A stretch of DNA of 64,000 nt, from NCBI RefSeq assembly GCF_036321535.1, contig NC_087436.1, positions 79,610,001 to 79,674,000 of the forward strand, in the 5' to 3' direction. Shown piece after piece: positions 50,183-64,000 of this stretch. A program made the position numbers and the translations under genes. Position 1 is the first letter of the stretch; every line of letters begins with the position of its first letter. The notes under the pieces were generated by a model that had not been told where the DNA came from, did no database searches, and worked only from the letters and a program-made list of their open reading frames with translations. Source of the DNA: Camelus dromedarius. Its lineage: Eukaryota.

Positions 50183-53100
50183 AAAGAAAGAAGAAAAAAG
50201 GGCACTTGTCTCAGTATCTTGATCTTCTTGATAAAATATTGCTTTGGGTATATCAGCAGCTTGGAGCCAGGAAATCTGTGGAAGGAAAAACTCTCTTTAA
50301 GCATCCTCAGCAAAAAATGCAAACGGATGTTCTCAGCTCTCTAGCTGCAGATAATATGAGAGACAGGAAGTATATTGTGTGTTTTTTCAGGTCCCAGCTG
50401 GAGCTGGCAGTGCAAAGACTTTCAGAAAATAATTTTGCTATTTGTAAACTGAAGGAATGTGATATGGAAGTAAATGAGGAAGAATGAATAGCGAACTACA
50501 CAATGTGGTTTTTATAGTCACTTTTGGGGAAATAACTACACTGTAAAAAGGATGATAGTACATAAGGGATAAAATCGTTAATTTTTATCCTCACAAAATA
50601 ATTCAAATCCAGAGCTATTCCATTCATTAGATGATGAAATCTGCTCACCACAGCTTTTTGAATTTTTTTGTTTAGTTTATGTGAGTTTTCCTTCTGCCAT
50701 ATTCATGAACTCATGTGGTGTAGTTACCCTTCATAAGGGAACTGTAGCTTGATTTCACCACCAGAAATAAACTAAATTCAGATACAGTTTGGAGTAAAAA
50801 TGTGCAGCACTTTCCAAAATGTACATACTTAATATTAGTACTTAGAGGAAAACACAAAATCTTGAGACTTATTATCATTCATAAAATATGACTTTACACT
50901 CCGTTTAGGTTACCACAAATCTGAGGATCTGATTATTTTTGAGATTTGTTTTAAGCCTGATTCATTTTAAGTTCTAATGATAAGTAGGAAGTGATCCATT
51001 TCATTTAGGATCCTTGCAGTGAAACAGGCTGCTCCGTGCAAGAACTCCCATTGCCATCTATTAACTCAGGAACCATGCACTCAGGGTCTCTAGCATTACG
51101 GAATCCACCCTCTCTGTGGCCTCAGCTCCCAGCCCAGAGACTGGTACACAGGAGGAGCTCAATATATGTTTATAGACTAAGTGAATGAAGTCTTTAGTTG
51201 TTCAGTGTTTGTGCATCACAGTGGATTCTTGCTGGGGTTATTGTGGTACCTCTAGGGTTCTCTAGGATTCAACACAGGTTGGGTTTCTAGTCAATAGTCA
51301 TGTCCCAGGCTCTTCCTCAGTCTCTTGGTTTCTCTTGGGGTCCTGTGCCCATCCTGTGACCATTGAATTCAACCTGCTTAGAGAGATCTGTTCCTCTCAG
51401 GAATTAGGAAAGCAAATGCTATAAGGTTCCCTGGGGAGGGCTCAACAGCTAAGTGATGCTTCTAAGTGCTGTCTGTGTTCTCTCACCTGTCCCTGGCTCC
51501 CTGCTCACCTGCCTAGCTTAGATTAGATCCCCTCTCATATCTTCAACACGGACTCTGCTCTCTCCATGAGAGCAGAGGGGGTATGCGTTTCTCTCACCCT
51601 TTCTCTTCGACTTAGGATACTCTTGACTTTGCTCCCTCTCTGATACCTCTGACCTGGCATCTCGGTGCCTCTGTTGCCCTCTCCCGTCTTAGTTTCTTCT
51701 TTCTTGGGCTCCATAGCTTTCTTTCTGTTTCATCTCCATCCACTGCTGCATCCACTGGCTCCTTCAACACTCTCTTCTTACTGTCACACAGTCCCCTTCA
51801 AAGTCAGCTTCTAGTTGCCAGTGTCTTCTAGTGAACCATACTGAATTTGTGCTGTAGCCCTTTTAATACACCTGTGAAAGTTTTACAATATAAAGTACAT
51901 TTGCCTTTAAAAATCAATGTTCATCTATTTCATCTACCTGCAAAAAATACTTTAGAAATCCTCATTTATAGTTGATCACATATAGTTGTGGTGGCTGTTC
52001 TAGTCTAAGTTAACTCCTCCTAATGCATCATCATTATTTTGGAAAGGGGGCATTTTATTACATTTTCTTTGAGAAAGGTCACATTAAGAGGAATTTCTTT
52101 GAAGTAGATAATCCAGTTTTTTAAAAAAAATAGTTATACAGGTTATAGAATAGTATCGAAAAACCCAATGCAATTTTCTGAGATTTAATTAATATTCTAA
52201 ATTAGTGTCTGGAATGCTTTATGTGTGGGTTGAAGAGAAGAGACCATTGAAATCTTGGTTGGTGCAAGGATTTATGGGTATGTAAGACACAGGGAGTTTA
52301 TTACTGCCGCTATAGCTAAGGTGGATGCTTTCGGAAGCAGAATTTCTGGCCAAAAGCTACATCACATACTCTGGCAAATATGCTTCCTTATTTTGTCTCT
52401 TGATTCTTCAGTCCAAATGAATCCAAATTAATTGCATTTTTATTGATTTTATTCGTTTGGCTGAGCAGGGTCATCAGAAGGGGATCATTTTTATTTTTAT
52501 CTTCATTTTGAGATGTGTCTTAAGGCCACTTGTAAAAATAAAAAGCACCAGATTAGTGGCATTCAAGATATCATTCTAAAGTCTGGAGTAGTAAACAGGG
52601 ATTTAGAGGAAAGCTTCAGCCAGGGACGAGGTGCTCACAACACTGCTTTCTCTTTTAGAGCAGCCACACGCTGGCACAGTACTGGTTTACTCCTGATTTA
52701 TTTTCTCCTCCTAGAATATGTGTGACTAGATTTCACATCTCAGACTGCTTGGGCTTATCCAGACTTTCCTGGACTTTCTCCCTTTTCATTCTCTTAACCT
52801 TATTGAAACCTGGTGGGAAAAAGTAAATGAAAAATGATAACAAGTGAAGATTTAAAAACCCGATACCCAGAGAGAGTTAATGACTATTAGATAAAATATT
52901 CATATTAAAAGTAGGTAAAGTAAGAGAAAAAGACTGGAGAGTACCTCTAGCACTCCAAGGAAGGTGGGGGTGGAGATTAGGCTGGTGAACGACTGGAGAG
53001 AAAAAGATTTGGAAATAAGTGGGAGGCCACAGAGGCCAGAGAAAAGTCACTTTGCTGCTTTAAAGGTGCTTTAAAGGGGAAGTGAGGAAAACAAAAGAAT

Positions 53101-53382
53101 GCTTGCTTAGGCTAAGGAGAACATGTTTGTAGGAGACAGAGAAAGGGAGAGAGAGAGAGAGAATGGAAGAGAATGGTATTAGAATGTCAGTATATACAGA
53201 GGAAAAAAATGCATTGGAAATAACAGTATTTTTCCCTCCTCCTTTTTTAAGTAGACCAAGTAGGAATTGGCACATCCAGTGAAGGATGTGAGGACAGTAA
53301 AGAAGAGAGGACAGTAAGAGGGCCAGGAAAGGTATTCAAAACAGCATCATCTAACTCTCTGACCATCTAGTTAGCATCTCAA

Positions 53383-54040
53383 TTGAGTCCACCTTAGGTT
53401 GTCATCCTCAAACAGATACTGAGACAAAGATCTGTGTGAATATTGGGAAGTGTTCCAGGGAGAACTAAACGGGGTTTTGGGAAGTTGGAGCTTGAAGGGA
53501 GGGAGGTTGAGCAAGACTCTGGGAGCAAAGTTCCAGAGGGGGTCTAATCCCTCAAGGGCCGCAAAGCCAGCATTGGTGGCATCTGAGAATGGTCTGATTA
53601 GAGCAAGGGAGTTTTGATGTTTATGCTTCTAAATCTGGTTTTCAACCTGAGATGATTCATCCCTTAGGGAACATTTGACAACATCTGGAGACATATTTGA
53701 TTGCCACACTGGGAGAAGTGTGATACTGGTACCTGGTGGATAGAGGTCAGGGATATTGCTAAGCATCCTACAGTGCACAGGCTAGATCCCTCTCCCCTAA
53801 CCCTCCGACACCCCCCACCATAACTAATTATCTGGCCCCAAGTGTCTGGTCTACACCTGTCAATCACTTGTTCAGGGCTACCACCAGGATGGACACTTAA
53901 GGTACCATGAAACCTTTCTGGTAGTTTGAGGGCAGCAGGTGCTGGCTGCTGGGAGTGAAAAGTCAGTGAAAGTCCATGAGCTTGAAGATGGCAAAGAAAT
54001 CATAGGGAGCATGGGTGGATCACTGACAGGATATGTTACA
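53383..54040 (-). mobile_element. ERVL LTR (LTR33/LTR16-like) interrupted by MER20
   Basis: cttaggttg...aaacagatactgagacaaagat...ttgggaagtgttccagg. Confidence 0.45.
53635..53848. mobile_element. MER20 hAT MITE
   Basis: acatttgacaacatctggagacat...tagaggtcagggatattgctaagcatcctacagtgcacagg. Confidence 0.85.
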
Positions 54041-55294
54041 GAATCCTGGCAGACAACATCTCTGTCTTTCCCAATCTCACAACCTTCTGTAGCTCAACAG
54101 TCATCTAGGTTAATATGCTGGGACTGCAAAGCACTGTCTTTTTTCATCTATGTCATTCTGTAACCAGGAATCAAAAGCTACAAAACAGTGTCATTAGGCT
54201 GGATACGTAACTTGAGCTACCTCCCTCAATGCCAAGGCAAAATGTTTTTTGACATTCTCTTTCTGACTTAAATAATGAGCCGCATTTTCACTCATCTTTT
54301 GCTCTAAGGCCAGGCTAATATCTTCTGAAAGTATTCTAAATTGATACTCAGTAGCTTTCTAAGGTCATTTAAATTCCTAATGAAAAGTCACTCAAGGCCA
54401 TAGTACAAAATAAATACATTGTTATTGATCATGCAATAAGGTATTAGGCTAATTTAATAAGGCCTCTCCCTGAGATGTACTTAATTCACCAGTATAGTCA
54501 TTTCTCAGCCATCAGAGATTCTGCTGTTTTTTCATGGCCTAGAAATAGTCATCTCTGATTTGTCCTGCTCCATGTTGCCACCTGGATATTCCAGGATGCC
54601 TCATCCCTGTTAAACTTCTTTTCCCTGTCGGCAAAGTACAGTGACAGAATAAGGATTCATTACTCTTGAAATGACCCTTTCCACAATATCCTCTTTTTAT
54701 CTCCTTAATCAGCAAAGTGGTACTCTGAGGACTGGCGGGTTCACTGCCTAGAGGCACATTTATTACCAAGACACAAGCTGAATAATTGTGTATTTACCAA
54801 CTTCAATTTAACCTCACAACTTGGCTGTCCCTTCTGACAAGGTGAGGAATAAGACCAACGTGTTCCTCTCCCTGTAGCTCATCAATAACCATTCTCTCTC
54901 AGCCAAAACTGTTTTTATCGTCACCCTGCCATGCATGAGTTGATCTGCTTTAGCACACAGTTTTTATCTTCAAAAGAAAAAGGTTTTGTTGTCTTGATCA
55001 AAGGTTTAAGTCAACTAAAAATAGGGCAAAGGATGGTCTACCACCCCCCAACCTAGGAAAAATGCATGTCCATGTGCAAGAGAAGAAAGGGTGTGTGTTT
55101 CTTTAGGGAAGAGCTGGCTAAATGCATGTCCCAGGTCAATCTACCAGTTGTCTTATATGAAAAATATATTGAAAAAATTATTGTAAAAATATGATATTAA
55201 AAACGTGTGAGCTCTTGGATCTGGCAGTTCCTAAGGAAATAATAGAAGTATGCAGAGACATAAGTATAGGTGGATTTATTGCAGCTTTGCTTTC

Positions 55295-55425
55295 TTTTTT
55301 TCTGGGGGGCAGTAATTAAGTTTATTTATTTATGTTTTAATGGAAGTACTAGGGATTGAACCCAGGACCTCATGCGTGCTAACTAAACACGTACTCTACG
55401 ACTGAGCTATACCTTCCCCACCCCC
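55295..55425 (-). mobile_element. tRNA-derived SINE (Vic-1-like)
   Basis: agggattgaacccaggacctc...actgagctataccttccc. Degenerate TSD cagctttgctttc / tagcattactttc. Confidence 0.8.
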
Positions 55426-55724
55426 TAGCATTACTTTCAATTGAAAATTTAAAAAATGTAACTGGAATGTCCATTAATAGATGATCATGGTGAATTCATA
55501 CAGTGAAAATTAAATGTACCTGTTAGAAGGATAAGATAATTAAGTCTATGACTATTGACATGGAGAGGTGCCCATGATATACTGTTAAGTGAAAAGAGAA
55601 AGTTTTAAAGATTACCTGTATAGAGAGTTCCCGGTTGTATAAAAGAAGGTTTTATTTGCATTAAAAATCTGGTTGGTCATTTACCAAACTGTTAACAGAG
55701 TTTTCTCTGAGAGGCAGGATGATA

Positions 55725-55900
55725 TTGATATTCAACTAGGGACAATTCTGTTTGGCAATGTCTGGAGACCTGTGTGTTTTTGTCACAACTGATGGTGGTG
55801 CTACTGGCCTGTGGTGGGTTGAGGCAGGGATGCTGCTAAACATTCTGTGACGCACAGGACAATCCTCATTGTGCCAATAGTGCCAAGTTTTAAAAACCCA
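55725..55900. mobile_element. MER20 hAT MITE
   Basis: tttggcaatgtctggagac...ttgtcacaactg...gggatgctgctaaacat...caatagtgccaag. Confidence 0.85.
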
Positions 55901-56334
55901 GGTTTAGAGAGATTTACACTTTCTATTTTTATGCTCTTTGGTGTTGTAATTTTGGTCAAAAATCTTGCTTTCCTTTTATTTTAATCAAAATTAACAAAAC
56001 ATTTCCAGTTTGAGAAAAAAATCCCTGATAAACACAGCTCATTTCTTTGTAAATTTCAAGTATAATGGAGATCAAATTAAGTAGCCTATCTTGAGGTAAT
56101 TCTTAGGTCATTGTAAATTGTGGATATTGTCAACAAAAATTAAAATATTTATCATAAAGTTGTATCTTTTAAGGATGTAGAATGGAGATGAAAGAATTAA
56201 AGGAGAAATTAATTGAACTACAGGTGAATGTCCTAATTCCTTTTAGAGTATAATTTAATGCAACATATATGTCATCTCCTTTCCCACCTATGGGCTATCT
56301 TCCTTGCCTGTAGTTGCTATGTGTTCAGAGGTTG

Positions 56335-56830
56335 CACACTTACTTAAATAATAGTCAAACAATGATCTGTGCAGAATAATGTTGATTGTAGCACTGCTTA
56401 TAATAGAAAAAAATTAGAAACAACTTAAGTGTATGTCAAAAGGGAAATGTTTAAATAGATTTTGGTATATTTATATAATGGATTACTAGGCAGTCATTAA
56501 AGAGGATGAGGTGGATCTGTATGTCCTGACACAGAATGAGATCCAGAACATAACCGTTAAAGGAAAAGAACAAGTTGCAAACTAATATGTTCAGCATGAT
56601 CCTGTATTGTAAATAGATACTACATACTGTGTGTACGTTGTGTGTATGTGTGCATGCGCGCACACGCACACAAGCATGTGTATAACTATGTCTGTTAAAA
56701 ATACAGGTAAAAATTTAGAAAGAATTCACACCAAACTTTTAAAAGGGGTTATAAAGATCTTAGAGTTGGTGGGGGGATTATGGATGTGAGTATGGGTGAT
56801 TTTACTTTATTGTACTTTAATACATACATA
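56335..56830 (+). mobile_element. Ancient L1M 3' fragment
   Basis: atgttgattgtagcactgcttataatagaaaaaaattagaaacaac...atggattactaggcagtcattaa. Confidence 0.65.
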
Positions 56831-57117
56831 CATACATAATCCCTAAACCAGCGCCTACCAAAGCAACTGTAATTGTTTTTTGAACACTATTCGCCAGTAA
56901 AAAAAAAAATCAGGAATCTAACATATAAATTAACTATGTAAATTGAGTTCTCATTGAAATTTTGTTTAACATTTACAAATTATTAAAATATATTAAAAGG
57001 ATGGGTATAGGTATTTAGTAACTGTACTGGATTGCATAACTTTTGCCTTTTTCATCTAGGCACTACTAATAGGCTGAGGTTCTGTTTATTAGAGGAGATA
57101 CTTAGCATGTTGAAGCA

Positions 57118-57320
57118 GTAATAATAGCTAACACATATCCAGTTACACTATGGGCTAGGTAGGCACTGTTCTAAGTGCTTAATTGTCACAACAAACCTAT
57201 TAAATGAATTATATTTTATCTCATTTTAAAGCAGGGCAAACTGAAACACAGTGAGGTTAAGTAACTTGCTGAACAAATAAGGAGATCCAGGATTTGAATC
57301 TAGGGAACCTGGTTTAAGTT
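57118..57320 (-). mobile_element. MIR SINE
   Basis: ataatagctaaca...aggcactgttctaagtgctt...aactgaaacacagtgaggttaagtaacttgc. Confidence 0.8.
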
Positions 57321-58879
57321 TACTTGGATGAATCCTTAAATGATAGCAAAGTCCACATTGTCTAAACCAAAACTCAGTGTGACCGGTCATGCAATGTGAT
57401 AATTAAGCCTGGTGCTGCGATGTCACAAAAGCCAGACTGGAGCCTCGCTGCAAGCTCTCCTGCTTCAAGCAGCACTAGACGGTCAGAGTAGAGGGTTCTT
57501 TTATGAGCTCAGAAAGTGAAAGGACGCGTGTGAACCCTACAAACACTGTCACTTACCCACTCACGTTCCAGGTTTGGTTTTAGGAAAACTTTTTGTTCTT
57601 TTATCTGACCTGGTTGAGGCAGAGTCTTTAGCAGCACAGAAGGTAATCGTGATTTAGAAAGACTCTGGTAGAGCCTCCCAGTAGGAGGAGTTGAACCAGG
57701 AGGACTCTGTCATCACCCCAATCAATATTCCTCCTTGTCAGTAGCAACCCCAGACTGGCAGAGACAATTTTTTTTTTCTCTGAATTCGGTTCAGCATCAA
57801 AGTACTAAATGATGCATAGAATCCTGCAGCCAGCCCTCCAGGCTTAAATGTTATAATCAGAGACAGGGAAGGCGCCTTTCACCTCAAGAGTGCGGAGAGG
57901 AACCACAGGTTAGGGATCTTACTTTTTATTTTTTGCAAGGGCAGTACAAACATACTTCTCAAAAGGCTTTCACAGTTCCCCACTGTGAATAGAATTTCTG
58001 TAACTCTGTAGCTTCTGGAGGCAGACTATACAAAATACATTTTTTTCCTCCACCCTTCTGTTCTTCTAAGCTTGCCAGGAAGATGTAATAAAAATCTGTA
58101 GGTGGTTATATGATCTGAATTGAAAAGAGGAGCTTAAAGATGGTTTATCACTTGTTAACCATGGAATGGTCCTCCACATTCAAGAACACCACACTAGTGT
58201 TTGTTTTCTACTTCAACAAATGTTGGTATTTCTGAATTTCATCTTATCTTTTGAAAAATATAATTACCATGGTATTTTGTCGTGGAAGCTGGAGCTGACA
58301 AAGACAGTACTTTGATCACTTAGCCATATTTCTGCCTATTGTGTGCACTTTTAGTCAATACTCTCGTGATTATGCTAAGATTTTATTTTCTGTTCCAATA
58401 GGCCAGTTTGAAAACCAGCCTTGTACTGGTAGTGTCAATACGACTGTAGAATTGTGGCCCAGTATGAGAGGGTGTTAGATAGACAGTCACTATGACAGTT
58501 ACTCCTGACCTTGGCTCCCGTTGCATATATAGTCTCCCCTCAGAAAATGCCCTTATCCTTTACAGCACAATATCTTAATTTTTTTAATGTGTCTTAGTTT
58601 TGAATCTCAGTTTGTCTACGTATTTTGACATATGTGACCATAGTAGTTTGTCTTTGACTGTCTAGAAAACTGGGGCCGTAATCATCTTTAATCAAAACTT
58701 AGCAACACTGAAAAGTTGTTCTAAAAAGAAACTTTATAACCCTAAATAATTTTGTTGTTAGAGAATGAAAAACAAAGGAACTTTGTACTCACAAGGTAAA
58801 AAACCCCCCAAAACCCCAAAAGGAACTGGGAAGAAGATAAAAGACAAAATAGAAAACAAGACAAATGAACAAAAAAAGA

Positions 58880-61800
58880 AGAAAATATAGGAAATTCAAA
58901 TACCTGATTCTTTGATGAGACCAATGAAGTTGATAAACTTTTTTGAGAGTGATTAAGGATAAAAGACTGCAAGCAGGCATATGCAATGCCATAAGCGAGA
59001 GAGGTGACCTGAACACACACATAGGTGCATGTAAAGTGGTACCAGAGAACACTGCATTCAATTTCATGACAGTAAGTTTGAAAATCTAGACATTTCCTAG
59101 CAATATATAAATCACAAAAATTGACTCAGGAAGAAGTGGAACACTTGAGTTGTCCGATAAATCTGGGGGATATTGATAACTGAGAAAAGACTTAACGTAA
59201 AAAAAGCTACCAGGACAAGATGAGTTCCAGCTGAGTTATATCTCACCTTAAGGAACAGATGATACTTGTGTTATTGAACTTATTCCAAGCTATAGAAATG
59301 ACTGGTAAGCCCAATGAAATGTGTAAAGCCAGAATAACTTGTTAAATATCAAAATCTGGTAGATTATGAAAGATGACTATAGACTAATCTCTTGTGAAAA
59401 TCTAGAAGATAAACTTCTAAATAAAATGTGAATAGATTTTTACATGTTTATTTCTAGAATGTGAGGCTAGTTCAATATTAGAAAAATCTAATATGTAATA
59501 CACTAATAAATTACGAGAAAATTCTGTAAGTCAACACTGACAGGCATTTGATAAAATTATGTACCAATTCTTAATAAGAACACTAAATAAAATAAAGATA
59601 GTAGGAAACTACCTAATGCAACAAAGGTTACTTCCTTTTAAAAAGCAACTATTATTCTGAACATTAAAACCACTTCAATTAAAATTAGCAAAATTAGTGC
59701 TGACAATCAGTCTCACACAATTCAATCCTGAAGAGTTTACGTAATGCAGTAAGAGACGAATAATAAAATAATTGCAGTAAACATTAAAAATGGATAGAAT
59801 TAACTATTTTTGTTAGTATAAAGATGTACACAGAGAGTCTAAGGAACTCTAGTAAAATGACTTATTGGGTTAATAGGATAATTTTATAAATTGACTGGGT
59901 ATAAGATAAATTGACAGAAATCAAGTTTTTCTCTATCTAAAAATTAAAACTTAAAACCAAAAATTAATTTATAATAGTAACTAGAACAATAAAATATCAG
60001 GGAACATATTTAACAAATAAGGCCAGGACCTGTTTTAAGTAGACTATAAAAATATCATGGTAGGCCATAGAACAAGATCTGAGCAAACTGGAAGATTTCT
60101 CATGTACTTGGTTGGAAAATTTAATGTCATACCTTCTTATTCTCACAAAATTGACATATACATTTAATGCAACTCCCCTAAACATCATAGCAGATTTTCC
60201 ATAAGGTCTGAGAATTGGATATAAAATTATTAAAAATTTTATGTAGAATAGATTTCTGAGAACAGACAAGTAAAATTAAAAAATAAAAAATATAATAAAA
60301 GAATAGTGAGGGGGAGAGTATTAATAGATATTAGAACATACTAAAAAATCACTCTAATAGTTAGATATGATTTTGTCATAGGAATAGATAAAAAGATTTG
60401 TGGAACAGAATTGAGAATACAGATCTAGATATGACTCTATATAAAAACTTAATATATATTTACTACCTAGAAGAAATAGGATGTTTAATAAATGATGCTA
60501 GCTCAACTAGAATAAAATTAGAATAAAATTGAATTTTCTTATGCCATATATAAAAATAAATTCCTGATAAAGACATAAATGTACAGCATAAAATAATTAA
60601 AGCTCTTCAAGAACACCTAGTGGAATACAGAGTTCCCTCTTACAGCGTCTGTTCAGTTAACAACTTAGCCATAATAGCCCTTCAAGTGTTGCACCACTTT
60701 TCAGATGGCTTTCTCACCCCAAAACATACAAATAAATGGACTAAAAGAGGTGATATTTCAACATTATGGCTTCAAGCGAAGACACACCATTTACCTGACA
60801 CAATAGTTTTGGTCAGAGAGAGCATGATGATGTGTAATAATAGATTTGAACCATCTGTCTTGTTTGGGTGAACCCAAAATAGTTTGCCTTGCATACACCC
60901 ATCAGAGGAGAAGGGGAGGAGGCAGTATTGTCTACATATTTTCAGTCTGTTCTGCACACTGACTATGTCCACATTTTGAAATGTTCTTGCTTTCCTTTTA
61001 TGTTAATCTAAAGGTACTTTTCTGGCAGTTTGAATACAAGATAACCGTGAACCTTTGTAAAAGGTTTAAAAATTGGTGAAGACAATGGGAAAGAAAGAAA
61101 AAAACAGAGTCTAAAACATACATACATTATTTACGTATTCTTGTTTTCACTGTTTAATTAGCCTGTTTTTCTCTCTGTGAAAATTACTTGGGTGTCTCCT
61201 GGATGGTAATAAGACACATCATTATTTTTCCCCTTAAAATTAGGGAAAATGTGTTTTTATTGTGGTAAAAAACACATAACATGAACTTTACTCTCTTAAG
61301 AAAAATTTAAGTGTATATGGACATCTTTGTGCAGTGAATCTCTAGAAATTTTTCATCCTGATTGACTGAAACTATACCCTTTAAGTCATAGCCCCCCATT
61401 TCCACCTGCCTCCAGCTTGGGCCACCTCCATTCTAGTTTTTGCTTCTGTGAGTTGAAATATTTTTAATACAATGAATTTTTAACCAGGGCAGGATTTTAA
61501 AACAAACTGAGGTTTTAAAGTAAAAAACAGGCTTATATGTACAATACAGCTAGGCATGAAAGTAAGGTAAAACGATATTCTTAATATTACCTGTAAACGT
61601 AGAAGCTAGGCAAGAAAATTTGCCAATTTAAAATTTATGTTTAGAAAAGGTACCCACAGACAAGGGATTGATTTTATAATAATATTTGCAACACAGGTGG
61701 CAAAGAACTGTCATTTATATTATGTAAAGATCTCTTTCAAACTCACAAGTAAAAGGACAAGTCATACAGTGACAACAAATTGGCAGAAGATAAGGATGTA

Positions 61801-62150
61801 CTATTTATAGAGGAACAAATGCAAATAGCTAACAAGCATAGAAAACATGCTGAAATTTCCTAGCAGAGAGGAAGATACAAATTAGAGTAAAAATGAGCCA
61901 TCATATCGCACCTATCAAATTGACAGAAGTTTAGAAAGTGAAAACTAGTGCTGGTGAGCTTCTGGGAGAAGTTTCTCTCGTGCATTGCTGGTGAATCTAT
62001 GAATCACAGTGCCAATGTGTATGAATCTGTACACATATAGGCGTATATATGTATTTCTACGTGCTTGTATGTGATCAAGTGTACATGGAGAAAAACACAG
62101 ATGACGCACTGGAGGTTGTTCACACAGGTTAATTTGGAATAGGGCAAAGC
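58880..62150 (+). mobile_element. Ancient degraded L1M ORF2 and 3' region (about 58880-60615 and 61540-62150)
   Basis: A-rich plus strand with tgattctttga...caatgaagttgataaac, ggcatttgataaaatt, catttaatgcaactccc, tggaacagaattgaga. Confidence 0.7.
61250..61470 (-). mobile_element. L1M 3' end fragment
   Basis: ttttattgtggtaaaaaacacataacat...tctctagaaatttttcatc...actgaaactataccc. Confidence 0.7.
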
Positions 62151-62184
62151 GGGAAAAGACTGCTTTAGAAAAGCACCTAAGATA

Positions 62185-62706
62185 TGATAGTAAGGATGCC
62201 TCCAGAGCTAGTTAATGGACAACGATGCCTTAACTAGCTTAAACAATGAGTATATGTATTATTTCATGTGACAAAAAGTGTTAAAGTATGGTTGGCCCCA
62301 TTTGATTAATTCCAGGGATAAATTATGTTTTCAAAGAAATGTACCTTTTGTCTTTCTACTCTGTCCTCCCCAGGATGCGAGCTTCGTTCTTGGCTGTCTC
62401 TCCCCAGGGCCACAAGATGATGGTCAAAACTTCAGGCATCACAGGCAGTCATAACCATGTCCATGGTTTATGTTTATTTTTCAAAACAAGGAAACGTGTC
62501 CCAGAAGCCTGCCCCCACATCAGAGGACAGCAGGGTCTATGGAATGTCCAGGACTGGTTTTGATCCCATCCGAAGTCTCAGATCTGCCCTAAGGCTTTGG
62601 ATGGAGTCCCTATTTCTGAAAGGTGGACCTCTGAATAAAACTGGGCTTCTATTTGCACAGAAGCAGAGGGAAACAGCTATTAGGCAAGCAATAGTGCCTG
62701 CTACAT
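62185..62706 (-). mobile_element. Old MaLR LTR (MLT1J-L-like)
   Basis: taactagcttaaacaatgag, ggccacaagatgatgg...cttcaggcatcaca, gctattaggcaagcaa. Confidence 0.55.
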
Positions 62707-64000
62707 ATGACTTAATCCAGCATGTATCAGTATAGAAATACATGTGCTTATGTAGTGCATGAAGATATTCATACAATTAAATTTCAAAGAGAGCATATGT
62801 TCTCACTGAGAAAAATTATTGCAGCTGTTCTGTATAATTTTAGAAATGCGGTACAAGGGCTTCTTTTTAGAGCTTTCAAGCTTTGACCCAAATGGAAAAA
62901 ATTTGCTAGAAAACATGTAACTCCACTGCTATAACACATAATAGTACAATGTTTTTGTGTCACTTAACTGTGTAAGAGGTTAACCTTTTGCTCCACCCCT
63001 AAACAAGCAAGCCATTAATCTTCAAACAATACAAATGGTTTCCCCCTCCCTCTTTTTAAAATTTATTTAAGGAAATCTTGGTAGCATCTCATCAATCCCT
63101 ATGCAATGGATAAGATTATGCTTTGTGAACCTATTGTGTTGACTTTTAAGATAAGAGCTTTTAAGGATTTTTAAACCATCAAGCAGTATCCATCAGAACA
63201 AATAAATGAGAGGCCGCTCTATTCTTTTGAGACAGGATACATTCTGCGACCTATCTCTTCGTGACCTACAAGGCTTTAGGAGAAGAGCTTCCAGAGTTTA
63301 TTGGCAATGCCACTATTAGAAAGACTTCCCTCTCTCTTCCAGGCTCTTTGGGGGTCAGCCTTAAAGCAAGCATTAAGCGAACGGCTAATGGAATTAAGGG
63401 TATAATAATAGAAGGATATAGTGAGACAATTGTATTAACAAGAAATAAATCATGTTGAATGTAAGGTAAGTGTTTTTTAATTGATTGATGGGAAGGATGC
63501 TCCACAGGTTTTGTCGGGGACTCACAGCCATTTACCTCCCCATCTACAGTAAAAAGCCAAAATGTAGAAAAAAAGATAAGAAAATTATGCGGTGGGAAGA
63601 TAAATTATTCAGAGAAGATGGCCATTTTGTGCTGACATCACTAATGTGAAAAGGCATTAAATCTTTGACACTAGCTTCATTCCTTAGGAGTTGTGGGGCT
63701 AAAACAACGTTTTGTACTAGAGGTAACTGAAGAGTCTATTCCTGGAGCTTCCCTCTGTGCCATGAGTGGCTTCCAAGGTGACTGGGTACCCAAGGAAACA
63801 GCCAGTTCTGTGAAATAACAGTCTTGCGCTTTGAAAGCTAGTACCTCTGTTTATATTATTATAACCATCTAGCTGTCAGTATTTTTCATCCAGTTGGCAA
63901 AGTTTACATGTCCTGATGTCAAAGATGTAGAGAACTACATGAAAGGCATTTTAAGTAGTTTTGGATATAAAAAATTTTGATGCTGAATTTCATGAATAGA

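Larger units (their letters stand above)
55200..55980 (+). mobile_element. Ancient L1M 3' region hosting a SINE and a MER20
   Basis: gatttattgcagctttg, aatgtccattaatag, catgatatactgttaagtgaaaa, accaaactgttaacag. Confidence 0.6.

Noticed and set aside
52655..52680. CTCF site (minus strand CCAGCGTGTGGCTGC)
   Set aside because: Mismatches in the core AG positions; too weak without binding data.
1..64000. CRISPR arrays, operons or other prokaryotic-type systems
   Set aside because: The DNA is mammalian, with no regularly spaced repeats or gene-dense tracts.

Overview
Mammalian, AT-rich, repeat-dense non-coding DNA, most likely from a camelid (three tRNA-derived SINEs resemble the Vic-1 type). 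I could not recognise any host protein-coding exon. The only ORFs with recognisable protein similarity come from L1 ORF2 or retroviral integrase; the rest look like chance ORFs. The main structure is a ~4.1 kb class I (gamma-like) endogenous retrovirus on the minus strand (13214-17292). It has two LTRs, a tRNA-Arg PBS, a PPT and gag, integrase and env-TM remnants, but no recognisable pro/RT/RNaseH. Its two CpG-rich LTRs are unexpectedly dissimilar, and it is nested with an L1 fragment inside an older MLT1 LTR. The window also holds several 5'-truncated L1s with target-site duplications (TSDs), including one with a twin-priming inversion and a 97-bp unique insert. Ancient L2/L3/MIR, MaLR/ERVL LTRs and hAT elements are present. 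Several repeat-free blocks rich in homeodomain/SOX/octamer motifs look like enhancers. All younger retroelements lie on the minus strand, suggesting a long intron of a plus-strand transcript. Subfamily names and ancient-repeat boundaries are by eye and approximate. No new biological system is demonstrated; the findings are leads.
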